DNA of 64,000 nt, taken from the NCBI RefSeq assembly GCF_036365525.1, contig NC_090389.1, positions 21,991,033 to 22,055,032 on the forward strand, given 5' to 3'. Under the pieces are notes generated by a model that made no database searches, had not been told where the DNA came from, and saw only the letters and a program-made list of their open reading frames with translations. This DNA comes from Heterodontus francisci. Its lineage: Eukaryota. A program made the translations under genes and the position numbers. This document shows, piece by piece, positions 49,555 through 63,794 of the stretch (positions are counted from its first letter, which is position 1; every line of letters begins with the position of its first letter).

Positions 49555-50075
49555 TGTAATAAAAACAGAAATTGCTGAAAATACTCAGCAAGTCAGGCAG
49601 CATCTGTGGAGAGAGAAGCAGAGTTAACGTTTCAGGTCTGTGACCTTTCACCACAACTGGCAAAGGTTAGAAAAGAATTAGGTTTTAAGCAAGTGAAGCT
49701 GTCATGGAACAAAGGCAAAGAACGTGTTAATGCTTGTGAAAGACAAAGCATTAGTCCAGAGAGGGTGTTAATAGCAGAATAATGAGCAGCTCTGTCCACA
49801 TGAGAAACAGGCACATGGTTAAAAAAAAAATAAAGTAATAAAAAAATAAAAATATTTTAAAAAGGCCAGTCATGCTCTGAAGTCGTTGAACTCAAGGTTG
49901 AGTCCACAAGATTATAGAGTGCCTAATTGAAAGAGCAGGTGCTGCTCCTTGAGCTTGTGTTGATGTTCACTGGAATACTGCAGCAAACCAAGGACAGAAG
50001 TGTGGGCATGAGAGCAGGGGTGGTGTTGAAATGGCAAGCAACTGGAAGCTGGGGGTCATGCTTTCAGACTGAGTG
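49555..50075 (-). mobile_element. Penelope-like fragment
   Basis: Family terminus plus GIY-YIG-region-like 3' sequence (CTCAACCTTGAGTTCAACGACTTCAGA on the minus strand). Confidence 0.6.
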
Positions 50076-50647
50076 GAGGTCAGGTTCTGTGCTGAGTTAC
50101 CTGATTTCAGTGAGAGGGCAGTAGAGCAAAACAATTGGCCTCCAAAGATAGGAAAGGGTAATTCACCTAGAATCATTAATGGTATCTAGTTGTAAAGTGG
50201 ACATTGGTTGTGGACGGGTTCAGGTTTGTGCTCTCCACCCTTCACATTCTCACTAGTTGGCTCACACATGAAGAATAGAGGCCTGGGCCACATACAAGAA
50301 GGTAACAATTGTAGAACAGCATTCCTGCATTCGGGAGATGAGGGGAAGAAAAATGAGGGGAAAGAAAATATGAAACTGATTACTTGCAAGAGCACAACTA
50401 TTCTCAAATTAGTCCTTCTATCAAAACGTGGCCACGGCACAGAGAATTCAGAATAACTTCACGACTTCAATTACAGAATGGTGGAATACAATATCAGTGA
50501 TTTATTGCCATGTCTGTGATTTATGAGCTGTGCTTGGAACCAAATACATCTAAAGTCTTTTCCTGACATGTTGCATAATCTATTTCCCTTCGGGTCAACA
50601 TTTGACACTTGCAATGCCTACTGTTATGGTAAGATATTGGTCAGTTA

Positions 50648-51004
50648 AGTTTTAGTTTAAGTTTAGAGATACAGCACTGAAACAGGCCCTTCGGCCCACC
50701 GAGTCTGTGCCGACCATCAACCACCCATTTATACTAATCCTACACTAATCCCATATTCCTACCACATCCCCACCTGTCCCTATATTTCCCTACCACTTAC
50801 CTATACTAGGGACAATTTGTAATGGCCAATTTACCTACCAACCTGCAAGTCTTTTGGCTTGTGGCAGGAAACCGGAGCACCCGGAGAAAACCCACGCAGA
50901 CACAGGGAGAACTTGCAAACTCCACACAGGCAGTACCCAGAATTGAACCCGGGTCACTGGAGCTGTGAGGCTGTGGTGCTAACCACTGCGCCACTGTGCC
51001 GTCC
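50648..51004 (-). mobile_element. HE1-like V-SINE
   Basis: Same family as 14561-14918. Confidence 0.9.
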
Positions 51005-51392
51005 TATCTAGCACGTGCTCAAACAGGCAGAGTTCATTCCTTACTGGTTGATGTGTACTCTTGGGCTATGCTTCCAGGAAGTTAGTAAAATGGCAAGCTT
51101 TGAAATAGTGATTTCACCAAAGTGTCTCAGATGTACATTATGCTTAAGAACAGCAACCTCAGTACACAGCAGTTTGTCTCTCTCAACCTGAAAATTATAG
51201 TTTTCCAATCTTGTGTCCTTGTAGTTAATACAGTTCCAATGTTAATTTTTTTTCTGGGCAGTTGTGCATTTTTCAATTAGGAAAGGTGAGAATGTCAGGT
51301 GAGGAATGTTGGGAACCAAGACCTCCCTCCCAAATCAGAGGTGATCTTGTTGAAACATACAAATTCTTACAGGGCTCAACAGGGTTGATCAT

Positions 51393-51565
51393 AACAGCAA
51401 AATACTGCAGATGCTGGAAATCTGAAATAAAAACAAGAAATGCTGCAAATACTCAGCATGTCTGGCAGTATCTGTGGAGAGAGAAGCAGAGTTTAAGTTT
51501 AAAACCTTTCCAATTTCTAATATTTGTCAGTTCTGATGAAGGGTCACTGAACTGAAATGTTAACC
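51393..51565. mobile_element. Penelope-like terminus with hammerhead core
   Basis: CTGATGAAGGGTCACTGAACTGAAATGTTAAC at 51533. Confidence 0.6.
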
Positions 51566-52349
51566 AATTTTACAGCTATAGCTGCTGGCCTTTCCGCACC
51601 CTGGCCGGGGTGGGGGGGGGGGGGGGGGCCTGGCAATCGGGCACAGGGTGGTGCATGGTATCCTGTCTTCCTTTAATTCCCTCAGCCAATTGGTGACCAG
51701 TGTCTCTGTAACTGTTGCAAAGGACCCTACAATATTATGTCCAGAACCTTTGTGATTGGACACCACAGAAACAGGTGGTGAATGTCAGGTCCCGGCCTAA
51801 TTCCTGCACCTTCTGCCACATTCCCACCCATGGGAATGTACTAGAAGGCCTGTGATAATTCAGGATGCCTATCTGCACTAAACATACACACTTCCATCAG
51901 AGTTCACTGGGCAACGATTCAGAGTGCAAAACAAACAGATTCCGTCCCTCTATGCTGCAGGAAAAATGGATTGTGATTTGTATTTGTGTCAAGCATTTAA
52001 TTTGCAATGGGTAAATATGGCTCTGAGTCATCCTATACAGAACAGCTTAATTTACATTGATTAAGGAACTATTCAGTTATTAACAGGAATGTGGTACAAC
52101 AACTCATCATTTAAATCTTATCTTGACGTTATCAAGAACTGACAGGATACAGTTATGTATTACAAACAGCTATGGGAATAGGCAGACTGAGTTGTTACGA
52201 TCTGGAATGCACTGACTGCAAGGGTGGTGGAAGCAGATTTTAATAGTACCTTCCAACAGGTCTGTGGAGAAGGAATAGGGGAATGGGACTAATTAGACAG
52301 CTCCTTCAAAGACCTTCTTCTGTGCTGTAAGATTCTATGAGTCTGTAAC

Positions 52350-55130
52350 AACAATTTGTATTTATATAACACCTTTAACATAGTAAGACATCCCAAGGTG
52401 TTTCAAAGCAGCATTATAACACAAATTTGATGCTGAGTACATAAGGAATTATTAGGACAGGTGACCAAAGAGGTAGGTTTTAAGCAGCATCTTAAAGGAG
52501 GAAAGAGAGGAAGAGAGGTTTAGGGAGGGAATTCCAGAGCTTAGGACCTAGGCAGCTGAAGGCACGGCCACCAATGGTGGAGCGATTAAAATCAGGGATT
52601 TTCAAGTGGTTAGATTTGCAGCAGCCCAGGTAGCTCGGAGAGTCGTGGAGTTGGAGGAGATTACAGAGATCGGGAGGGCAAGGCCATGGAGGAATTTGAA
52701 AACAAGGATGAATACTTTAAAATCGAGGCATTGCTTAACCAGGAGCCGATGTAAGTCAGCAAACACAGGGGTAATTGGTGAACAGGATTTGGTGTGAGTT
52801 AGGAAACAGGCAGAAGAGTTTTGGATGATCTCGGGTTTACTGAGGGTAGAATATGTGATGTCAGCCAGGAGTGCATCAGAATAGTCAAGTCCAGAGGTAA
52901 CAAAGGAATGGATGAGGGTCCCAGTAGCAGATGAGCTGAGGCAGAATTGGAGATGTCACGGAGTTGGAAATAGGCAGTCTCAAGAGGTGAAGTGAGAGTG
53001 ACTGCCCTTGACATCAAGGCAGCATTTGACCGAGTATGGCATCAAGGAGCCCGAGCAAAAATGAAGTCAATGGGAATCAGGGAGAAAACCCTCCGCTGGT
53101 TGGAGTCATACCTAGCGCAAAGGAAGATGGCTGTTGGAGGTCAATCATCTCAGCTCCAGGACATCACTGCAGGAGCTCCTCAGGGTAGTGTCCTAGGCCC
53201 AACCATCTTCATCGGTGACCTTCCTTCAATCATAAGGTGAGAAGTGGGGATGTTCGCTGACGATTGCACAATGTTCAGCACCATTTGCGACTCCACAGAT
53301 ATTGAAGCAGTCCATATAGAAATGCAGCAAGACCTGGACAATATCCACGCTTGGGCTGATAAGTGGCAAGTAACATTTGCGTCACACAAATATCTGGCAA
53401 TGACCATCTCCAACAAGAGAGAATCTAACCATCTCCCCTTGACATTCAGTGGCATTACAATCGCTGAATCCCCCACTGTCAACATCCTGGGGGTTATCAT
53501 TGACTAGAAACTTAACTGGAGTAGCCATATAAATACTGTGGCTACAAGAGCAGGTTGGAGGCTCGGAATCCTGCGGCTGTAACTCACCTCCTGACTCCCC
53601 AAAGCCTATCCACCATCTATAAGGCACAAGTCAGGACTGTGATGGAATACTCTCCACTTGCCTGGATAGGTGCAGCTTCAACAACACTCAAGCAGCTCGA
53701 CACCATCCAGGAAAAAGCAGCCCGCTTGATTGGCACCCCATCCACAAACATTCACTCCCTCCACTACCAATGCACAGTGGCAGCAGTGTGTACCATCTAC
53801 AAGATGCACTGCAGCAATGCACCCAGGCTCCTTATTCAGCACCTTGCAAACCCACAACCTCTACCGCTTAGAAGGACAAGGGCAGCAAATGCATGGGAAC
53901 ACGACCACCTGCAAGTTCCCCTCCAAGCCACACACCATCCTGACTTGGAACTATATTGCTGTTCCTTCACTGTCACTGGGTCAAAATCCTGGAATTCCCT
54001 TCCTAACAGCACTGTGGGTGTACCTACCCTACATGGACTGCAGTGGTTCAAGAAGGCAGCTCACCACCACCTTCTCAAGGGCAATTAGGAATGGGCAATA
54101 AATGTTGACCTAGCCAGCGACAGCCACATCCCATGAATGAATTTTTTTTAAATGATATGTAGTTGGAAGCTCAATACGGGGTCAAATATGACACCAAGGT
54201 TGCAAACAGGCTGGTTCAGCTTCAAACAGCTGCCAGGGAGAGGGATGGAGTCAGTAGCTAGGGAGTGGTGTTTGGTGGGGACTGAAAACAATGGCTTCAG
54301 TCTTTCCAAATATTTAGTTGGAGGAAATTTCTGTTCATCCAGTACTGGATGTCAGACAAGCAGTCTGATAACTTAGATGGGGGATACCAGCGGTATTGTT
54401 GTGGGAGTGAGAAGAGAAGTCATAGATAAGAATGGAACCAGTCAAGTGTAGTCTCACGCAGCTGGATGACAATGGAGATGCACTGGCAGAGGTGTGGTCA
54501 CCCATATCAAAGTTTGAATGAGGGTCGAGAAGGACGAGCAAGGATAGTTTATCTTTGTCAAAGTCACATAGGATGTAATCTGTGACTTTGATAAGAGCTA
54601 TTTCGGTACTAATGGCAGGGGTGGAAACCTGATATGAGGGATTCAAACATGGAATTCTGGGCAAGATGGGCATGATTTGGGAGATGACAAAACGTTCAAG
54701 GACTTTATAGATGAAAGGGAGGTTGCCGATGGGATAGTAGGACGGAGGGGTCAAGGGTTTTTTGAGAACAGGAGTGAAGGTAGCAGATTTCAAGGAGAGG
54801 GAGACAGTACCTGAAGAGAGAACCATTAACAATATCAGCTAACATGGAAACCATGAGGGGAAGTTTGGTGGGTTAGCAATTTAGTGGGAATAGTCAAGAG
54901 AGCAGGGGTTGGGTCTCATGGACAAGATGAGCTCAGAGAGGGCATGCAGGGAGATGAATTAGGAATAGGGAAAGATACGAGTTCAGGACTAGGGCAAGGG
55001 GGAGCTTTAGTGGAAGTTTGGCCCAGTGGGTTAGGCGAAGGGAGGGAAGTAGCACTTGCTGTTGGAGATGAGGGTGGAGGAGATAGAGGAGGGTGGTTCA
55101 ACAAGATGGTCCGTAGTCAAGAAAAGAAGT
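52350..55130 (-). mobile_element. L2 LINE fragment split by a younger LINE
   Basis: ORF 54335-54832 (PVLKKP...YYPIGNLPFIYKVLER...STEIALIKV...LVLLD) and an L2 3' end at ~52350-52750. Confidence 0.75.
52985..54151 (+). mobile_element. CR1/L2-group LINE 3' RT fragment
   Basis: [25 protein letters not shown] and the family tail. Confidence 0.85.
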
Positions 55131-55176
55131 AGGGGGTTCTCTTTGAATTCTAGGATGTTCCTGGAGTAGTGAGTAC

Positions 55177-55762
55177 TTTTTTTTATTCATTCATGGGATG
55201 TGGGCTTCACTGGCCAGGCCAGCATTTATTACCCATCCCTAATTGTCCTTGAGGAGGTGGTGGTGAGCTGCCTTCTTGAACCAATGCTGTCCTTGGGATA
55301 TAGATACACCAACAGTGCTGTTAGGAAGGGAGTTCCAGGATTTTGACCCAGCGACAGTGAAGGAATGACGATGTTCCAAGTCAGGGTGGTGTGTGGCTTG
55401 GTGGGGAACTTGCAGGTCGTGATGTTGCCATGCATCTGCTGCTCTTGTCCTTCTAGGTGGTAGCAGTCGCGGATTTGGAAAGTGCTGTTGAAGGTGGTTT
55501 GGTGAGTTGCTGTAGTGCATCTTGTATATGGTATGTACTGCTACCACTCTGTGTCTGTGGTGGAGGGAATGAATGTTTAAGTTGGTGGATGAGGTGCCAA
55601 TCAAGCAGGCCGCTTTGTCCTGGATGGTGTTGAGCTTCTTGAGTTTTGTTGAAGCTGCACCCATCCAGGCAAGTGGAGAGTATTCCATTGCACTCCTGAC
55701 TTGTGCCTTGTAAGTGGTGGACAAGCATTGGGGAAACAGGTGATGAGTTACTTTGGCAGACG
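55177..55762 (-). mobile_element. Same LINE family, 3' fragment
   Basis: YKAQVRSAMEYSPLAW matches ORF 53555-54088. Confidence 0.85.
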
Positions 55763-57788
55763 TGAGTAGGAGCCCATAGTGCCTTCTGGGGTCCAGCCAG
55801 ATCTAGCGGTGAATAATCTATCATGATTGTAAGTTTAATCATCACCGTCAGTACAACATCTTGGGTTCAGGATAACAGTGCAATGCCACCTAGGCTCTAC
55901 TTAATGTGTTGCAGCTCAGTTCCTCATTGCACTTGTACAGCTCTAGATAAGATCAGTTAAATTTTAATTACAGCAGGATCTCATGTATGAGTCATAATGT
56001 TGGGGTCTAATTCCCACCTACACCAGTACCTACCCACCAGATAATAGAAACTGACAGGTAATTGAGTCTTCCTATACTTATTAAAGAGTCCACTACACAT
56101 GAAAGTCACCATAGGGCAACACATCCTGATGATTATTGATTTAATGAAAACAAAAAGTTGCAAATCACTATTTGTTAAGTGAACCATGCTAATTATTTCA
56201 AATATCCAGTTCATTGAAAGCCAACCATTTCTATTTGTTAAGCAGTTTGGAAAAGGCAACCAATGAACAATCAACACTCACTAAAAAAAACAACCAACCA
56301 AATTCCAGAACCCTCCCCAAAATGATTTCCAACTGTTTTCAGTGGTCTTACATACTCCACTGTGTATACTTACAAATATAATGTCTAATGTTGCCCATCT
56401 GTCTGTATCTATAATGAGATTTATGTACTTAATTAAATGTCTTGCACCTAGTGGATCTCCTTCACATCTCAAAGCGTCGCCCCTCCATCAAATTGTCTTC
56501 TCCATCAAAGTGTTACCTGCCATCAAAGTGTCATCCTACATCAAGGTGTCACCCTTGGAAACATAAATCTGAAAGTGTCAGTTATGTAAAGTATTGCATA
56601 ATGCATCGGAATATGATTAAGAAATTGTTTAAAATGATAATCCTTTCCTCATAGATGTATTTTCCTGGGGAGAAGCTAAACTGTTTTTAACTTGGTCTAT
56701 CTCTAGTAGTCTGTCAAATCCCTGAGAGATCACACTCCAGGTTTCATAATGTATTTCCGATGCAAATCAATCTTAGAATGTTGGATGAAACTAATATCCG
56801 CAGTCCAATCTGTAAAGTTCCCTGTCCATACAACTAATTCTGTGTTTACTTAGCTACTTTTAGACTTTGTGCCCTTAAAGGGACATGGCACCACCTTTGC
56901 AAATTACATACAAACATACAAAAATGATGGGCAGGAGAAAAACAGCTGGTTCATCAAGCCTGCCCCACACTCATGGTGGATGGAGTAGCATGGCTAGACA
57001 CTTTCTACACCCCCATGCCTCCCCTCCTCCCACCATCTCCCAGTAGCCATGTATGTGCTGGGAAAGGTGTAAGAACATTGATATGTTTTTACATTATTCT
57101 AATACAAAAAAGGACACAACAGCTAATGTAGGCAAAGTTTTCTTTAAATTGTGCACTCATGAATTCTATCTTTGCCCCTCAATGACACTGATAACGTCGG
57201 AGAAGGATGAATTTCAGGACCAAAGACCCTGTACTCTTAAGCATAAGTACTTATAGATTATTAAATAAATAAGCTAGTTGGCATTAATAATATAATTTGA
57301 AGCTAAAAGGATTGTCAGGTTAAAACCTGTTTTATCACAGCAGGGGTAGTGTAAAAGAAGGAAATTACTGCAGTACAAATAAGGGAATAGGTTCCTATTG
57401 CTACAGAAATTGCTAAAGATATGACATCAAAGATTTATACCACAAAGGCGAGAGTTCAGGAAAAAAGATTGGAAGCAAAGATAAAATGTAATAGGAAATA
57501 ATTATCCAGCAATCTGTTCAATGATCTAAGGGTCATAAAAAACCCAGTACAGTTGAATCCAGCAAAATGAAAGAAAAAAATATCAAAAAAAACTTACAAT
57601 GTTTTACTTAGTAAGAACTTCTACTAACATTACCTTCAAGATGAGGCAGCCTGTACAGTCTTGGATAAGTTACGCTCACGATTCCCGTTAATTCCTTATG
57701 TTCAACATAAGGGTAATGTATACTGCTCTGTTTAACATTTTAAGATGAATGTTTTGAAGCATTAATAAAAGAAGTTAAGTGTCAGATA

Positions 57789-60597
57789 TGTTATGATCAG
57801 GTGAGGAGGGGTCGAAGGGATCCTCCCTTTTCTCTCCTTGTTTGACCGCAATAGATTTATTTCTTTTTTAAAGTGGATATACTTGCCAATTCAATGAGTT
57901 TTTAACTATTTATGTGCTATGGTCATAAAAAGAAGCAATCGGACAGGTTTGCTTGAGGTTAACAAAGAAAGAGGTTAGCTTTATTGTACTTAAACCACAC
58001 TACGTAAAATGAAAAACTACGCTCCAACTTACGCACACCCACACATCCAAGGTTCACACACACACAAAATAGGTTATAGGGTGAGGAAGGATAGATTGGT
58101 CGAATTAGAGTCCAGAGAAATAAGGGGTATACAGTCTGTGGAGGCTGGTGACTTAGCTGGCTTCAGGCTATATTCGGTGTTCCTGAGGCTTCCGATTTGC
58201 AGATGGGGATAGCTGATTCAGTGGTTCCCCTGGAGACAGCAATACAGATGATTTCCTTCCAGGGGGCTCTGCAGCAGTGATATGCCTAGGTGGTTATATA
58301 TTTTAAAAGCTAGGTATAATATTACATCTGTCATGCTAATGTGCCTGATTAACCCTACAGGTTTTCTCCATAGGTTTCAGCAGTCAGCTCTTAGATAACC
58401 TGCTTTATTACAATGGAAGCACACGGGTCTCACTCCTACTCACAGCACTTTCCTTTTTGGCTGGAGGAGGGCCCCCTGTGTCTCCTGCTTTTCTTTCTCT
58501 CCCAGGACTGCTTGAGCTTCTATCACCTTCCCATCCTTTGTCCTTTTTGGATTTGTGGGAGTGACTAGGAAAGGTTTTCCCCCGGGGAACTGACTTGTCT
58601 ATGAGAGCAAACTCATCAGCCAGAACTGCAGCTTGCCTCGCTCTATGAACTTTTTGTTCTTCCACATGAGTCTTTATGGAGAGTGGGAGAGAGTTTTTAA
58701 ATTCCTCTAGCAGAATTTCCTCTCTGAAATTTTCATAGCTGGGCTGCACTTTAAGAGCCTTCAGTCACAGGTCAAAAGCCAGCTGCTTACTTCTCTCAAA
58801 CTCCAAGTAAGTTTGATCAGCTTGCTTCTTGAGGGTTTGAAATTTCTGGCGGTAGGCTTCCGGTACTAACTCATATGCCCCAAGGATAGCATTTTTTGTC
58901 AGTTCCTAATTTGATGAACTCTCATCTGGCGACAGGGAATAAACCTCATGGGCTTTTCCTGTTAACTTGCTTTGCAACAGAAGAGTCCAAGTCTCAGCCG
59001 GACACTTTAACTGCCTTGCAAGTTTTTCAAAAGATATAAAAAATGCTTCCACTTCTCCCTATTTGAATTCTGGGATAATTAGGGAAAATTTAAAGAATTC
59101 AGTACACATCCCCAAATGATTATTCTCCATACTGGCCATGCTTTCACTGGGGTTACTCCAGCACCCCCTAGTTAATTCAAACCACCTCAGCTCTCTTTCC
59201 TCATGTTCCTTCAAGAAGGTTCTTTTGTTCTCTCTCTCCTGCTGTCTTTCTTTCTCTCTCTCCTGTCTTTCCTTCTCTCTCTCCTCTCTCTCTTTTTTCT
59301 TTCTCCTGTCTCTCTTTCTCTTTCTCCTGTCTGTCATTTTCTCTCTCTCTTTCCCTGTCTTCTAATTCAAGTTTCCTCTGTTCCAATTGTATCTTTGCTA
59401 GCAATACCCTGTCAGAGTCTATTTCTAATCCTGTTTCTGATTCTTCAGATTCGAGGGAAAAATGTTTGGCCACTAGTCTTAGGAGTTCAGACTTTCTAGC
59501 CTTGGCACGGACAGTGATCCCACACTGCTCAGCCATTTTTCTCAACTCTTCCATAGACGGTGCTTTTAACTTATCCCAAGTTACTTCAACTTGGCTTGGG
59601 GAGCTACTGGTTTCAGTCGTAGACAGTCTAGCACACATAACCACAAGAAAACCTGTAATGAAATCTTTTCTGTTTTTGATTGGGATCAATTTGATTTCCC
59701 ACTTCCAATTTCTCGTTTGTCTGTAGGTCCAATCTCGGATGCTGTTACTACCAGGTGAGAAAGGGGTCTAGGGGTTCTCTCTCAGCCTCTGCCTGGTTTG
59801 GTCAAAACAGGGTTTTTTAGAACACTGTGTTTTAAGCTTCCTCTCAGTGAATCCTTGTTCACTGTTCTCTAACTGTAATGGCAAAGAAATCAACCAGACA
59901 GGTTTTCTTAGATTTAAACAAGAAAGGTGTAAGTTTATTAACCTTAAAGCTCTAATTCGGTTAAAACTACTCAAACTACTCAACAAAAGGGAAGAGGTTT
60001 GAAGTAATATGGAGTTCAGTTATTCTTTTTGGGTTGGAGGTAGAGTCTTTGATTGCAGTTAAATCTTGCAGTTCTCGTTGGGTCCCACTGCACACTTTCA
60101 TTTGTTTATCTGCAGGTGTCTTCCCTCTTGAGACTTAAGTTGCTTCTGTGCTTTTCGTGGGAGAGAGAGAGATAGATAGATGCTCTCTTCTTCATGTTCA
60201 GTTGCAGTCTGTTATCAAACTGTGTGGCACAATTCAAAACTCCAGGTTGGCCAGCAGGTTAGTCATGTGACTAACCCCTTATTTGGAACAACTGCTCCTA
60301 TAGTATGTGTATTTTAAAGCTCTCGGTGGGGGTGTTGGGAGGGTTGGTGTAGCGTTGTCTCTTACACAGATAAGATGTGGATCACGGTTGCCCAGACCAA
60401 TCTTTGTTAATTGAATCAGTGAGCAGTTCCCATTGTCTCCTTTTTTCAAGTGTCTTTTAGAATACAAAATGAGCAGTCATGTCTCCAGTGGTCTTTTTAA
60501 ACCAAGCCATTTTTTTCAGTCCAGAAACAGTTCAAAGTTAATGTTCCTTATGATGAAACCAACATGTCTCACTTTGGCAGGTGTGGTTTTCATGACA
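57789..60597 (-). mobile_element. Gypsy (Gmr1-like) LTR element remnant: LTR, gag, LTR piece
   Basis: LTR-like ends at 57789 and 59743-60597 (TG..CA). PBS-like GCATCCGAGATT, resembling tRNA-Pro. gag at 58408-59689 with AYELVPEAYRQKF and LLEEFKNSLP (SCAN-related capsid). Confidence 0.8.
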
Positions 60598-61957
60598 GCA
60601 TCATGAGTTTTCCCCACCGAAAAGAGCTCCATGGGCGGAGTCCCCCGTGCAGAAACTGAAAACCTGCACTGCAGCCAGAGAGCTCAGGGCAGGGAAGAGG
60701 TCCAGTGCTGCAGATGCAGTAGACCTGCATTGTTTTTTCCTTGAAGGAAAGTCATTAAAGAAGGAATAGTTTAACGAGAAAGCCCTGACGAAAGATTTCT
60801 TGTGAAGCAAGAAATGTTGATGCCAAGACAACGACTTGAACTGATGGCCTGTAGCTAACAGCCCAAAGACCAATTCATCAGAAGATGTCGAAACAAAGGC
60901 AAATATTGTGATTGCTCAGACTTAGAACTCTCCAAGAGAATAATGGAGCTGGTAATTGCATTGACTCCAAAGAGACACTCCAAAAGGATCTGCTTGATAA
61001 GAGAAAAAGGATACAATATTGACAGTCTATTCAAAGATGCAGAATATACAAAGCCATAGCAGCAATCAGGCAATATATGCAAGCGCTGGGAGCAGCAACA
61101 ACCATAGGTGAAGTCGTCAAGGCACCTCGACAAGACAAGGCATGTGGCAAGTGCGGTTTAATGCATCAGCCACATCACTGCGCTGCATTCAGAGATACCT
61201 GCAAGGCGTGTAAAGGGGCACTGGGCATACTGTGTAGAAAATCTGTCAGCAAATAAGTGGTCAGAAGACACACTCAACAAAAACCAGATGCCACCTAGTG
61301 GCAAGAATAAAAAATGAGCTCACCAAGTACCATTTCAAGATCATCCACGAGGTAGGCAGGGAGCTGGACAGCAAAGAAAGCACTGAAAGAGGCAAACTCA
61401 AGCTGGAATTGAAAAAACTTTCCACAATGTGACAATCACACAACACATGGATGCAATCACACAACTGGAAGCTTTCACCACAGTTGAAATTATATGTCCT
61501 AACAAAAATGGCAAGCACAAGCTATGGCTGAAGATAGATAATGAGGCAAGCACCAACATTTTACCACTGTGGATACACAGAAAAGTACCTAGTGAAGTGG
61601 GAGTCTATGTTACAGCCAACAAGAGCTAGACTTACCGCATATAATGGTTCCTCAACCTACTGTGTGGGAGCATTGACATTGAAGTGCAGATACGAAAGTT
61701 CTGCATGGTCACCACAAGACTTCTATGTTGTTGACAACAATGGCCCAGAGGTAACAGGATGACCAGCATCCAGTGAACTCTGGATCGTGATGTATCATGG
61801 GATTAGTAAAACACCAATGCTCGACAATCAAGGCAAGGGTGACCCTATTGGTTCAATTCAAGATCTGCAACAGAAATACCTGAATAGATTTGACACCATG
61901 GCAGTTTTATAGGGAACGTTGTTCTTCACCTGAAAGACAATGCAGTTCCCTTCATAC

Positions 61958-62175
61958 TGTCAATTGTGTATCAATTGTTTAATTATTTGTAGATGGAGGA
62001 CATTAACTGGGATTTTACTTGAGCACTTATAAGGAGACTTTTACTGAGACAGGTGGAGGGCTTTGAGTGAGGAGCGACATGTTTGTAATCCTTTTAATCT
62101 GTACAAAAAATGTGAAACTGAGTAAAGATAGGCTCCAGCATTATCCTTCCACAATACGTTTTCTGGAATTTAACA
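61958..62175. mobile_element. Short solo LTR inserted in pol
   Basis: TGTCAATT...TTTAACA termini with CATAC/CATAG flanks. Confidence 0.55.
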
Positions 62176-62854
62176 CATAGATCCACCATGGAAATGCAGT
62201 GTTCACATAAAGGACAAATTAAAGACTGAGTTTTACATGACAGGATGACAAGGGATTATTCACCGTGTTCAGCAACACACTGATTGGTGTAGCTACATTA
62301 CCACTGTAATTAAGAAGATAGTACCGTTAGTGTATGCTTAGTTCCCAGAAGATTGAATCGAGCACTCAAGAGGAGCTCAACCCAAAGTCTGCTAGAGACA
62401 AATCCTTCTCAAAGTTGGATCTGAAACATGGATACTGGTCAGTCCACCTTTCCAAGGATTCCCAGGAATTAACCACTTTCAGTACACTGTTTGAGAGGTA
62501 TTGCTTTCTATGGTTACCATTTAGTCTGTCAGTGAGTCAGGACCTATTCCAACAACATATGGATCGCATTACCGAGAGTGTTCCTGCATATGTTTGCATT
62601 GCAGATAACATAGTGGTCATGGGAAGTACCAAGGAAAGGCATATCAAGAATCTTCACATTCTAATGGAGAAGGCTAGAAGAGAATGTTTCATGTTTAAAG
62701 GCAAAAAAAGTGCTATCAATTTGAGCCATATTAATTTTCATCAATCTGTTCTGACACTGAATATCAACCAGTTCCCAGTAAAGTTGAGTATGAACAATCA
62801 ATGCCTACTCCTCAAGATAAAGAAGATGTACAGAGGTGTTTGGGACTGTACCAT

Positions 62855-63794
62855 TGTTACGATCACCTGGTTCATGTTTGTATTCATTTTCTAGAGGTAA
62901 CTTTTAATTCAGAAATTTATTTTTTTATGCAAAACAAATGAAAACACCTGGTTTATGAGCTGGCAAACAAACCTAGGGTGGTTACAAATCAACGGGTAGT
63001 CCATGTTAATTTAGTAAGGTCATATTGGGAAGTGTAAAGACCCTACACAATGGGAATCCCTCTTAAATTGTCAATGGAGATGGTGTGTCTGCAGCTACTG
63101 CTGTCAGAGGTTTAAAATTATTCATATAATTTCCCAGAAAAAAGAGATTTAAAGTTCAAAAATCTCATCATGAGTGCCTACAGAGACAGAGCTAGAGAGA
63201 TGAAAGCCATAAAGCCATGGATGGCCTCATTTAGTTGGGCAGTTGGCTTTTGGACAAGCAATTTGGCTTTTGGAAAGTGTGGGCTTTGAAAGCAGTTGGA
63301 CTCAGGAGCAGAGAGGCCATCAGGAACCTGGGTATTTCTGTTTTGCAGGCCCATGCTCAAGCTGGGAAGTCCATATTTGTGAGATATTGAAGGTGAACTG
63401 GAGGATCTGCTTAGCCGAAGTTAAATGGCAAATTCACAGGAAATCTCAAATCTCAGAAGACTGAAAAACTCAGGAAATCGAAGTGAATTCCTAACAGCTG
63501 TGGTACAATTTGGATTGGTCCCAGGAGAATTCTTGGGGTGAAGGTAACAGTCAAACAAGGGTGTTCTGTTGAGATTTAGAGTTTAAAGTATTCTTCTTAA
63601 TGTTTTGTTAAAATATTAAGTTTAAAAAATGTGTTTCCAAATTGTAGTGTTAAGTTAGTAGTGTTTTGGTTTAACTCTCGTACAGTAAATTTTTTGTTTA
63701 AAATGTGAAATCTTGTGGCATAACTCTTTCAGTAAAACCTGGGAATTCAACTTTTACTTTTCAAAAGTTAACAGTACCTAATGGGATTGTAACA
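62855..63794. mobile_element. Solo LTR inserted between RT and RNase H
   Basis: TGTTACGATC...GATTGTAACA inverted termini with a perfect 4-bp TSD (CCAT). Confidence 0.85.

Noticed and set aside
50370-50500. Short frame with LQEHNYS (HCF-binding-like motif)
   Set aside because: Bounded by stops with no supporting domain. A four-residue motif is expected by chance.
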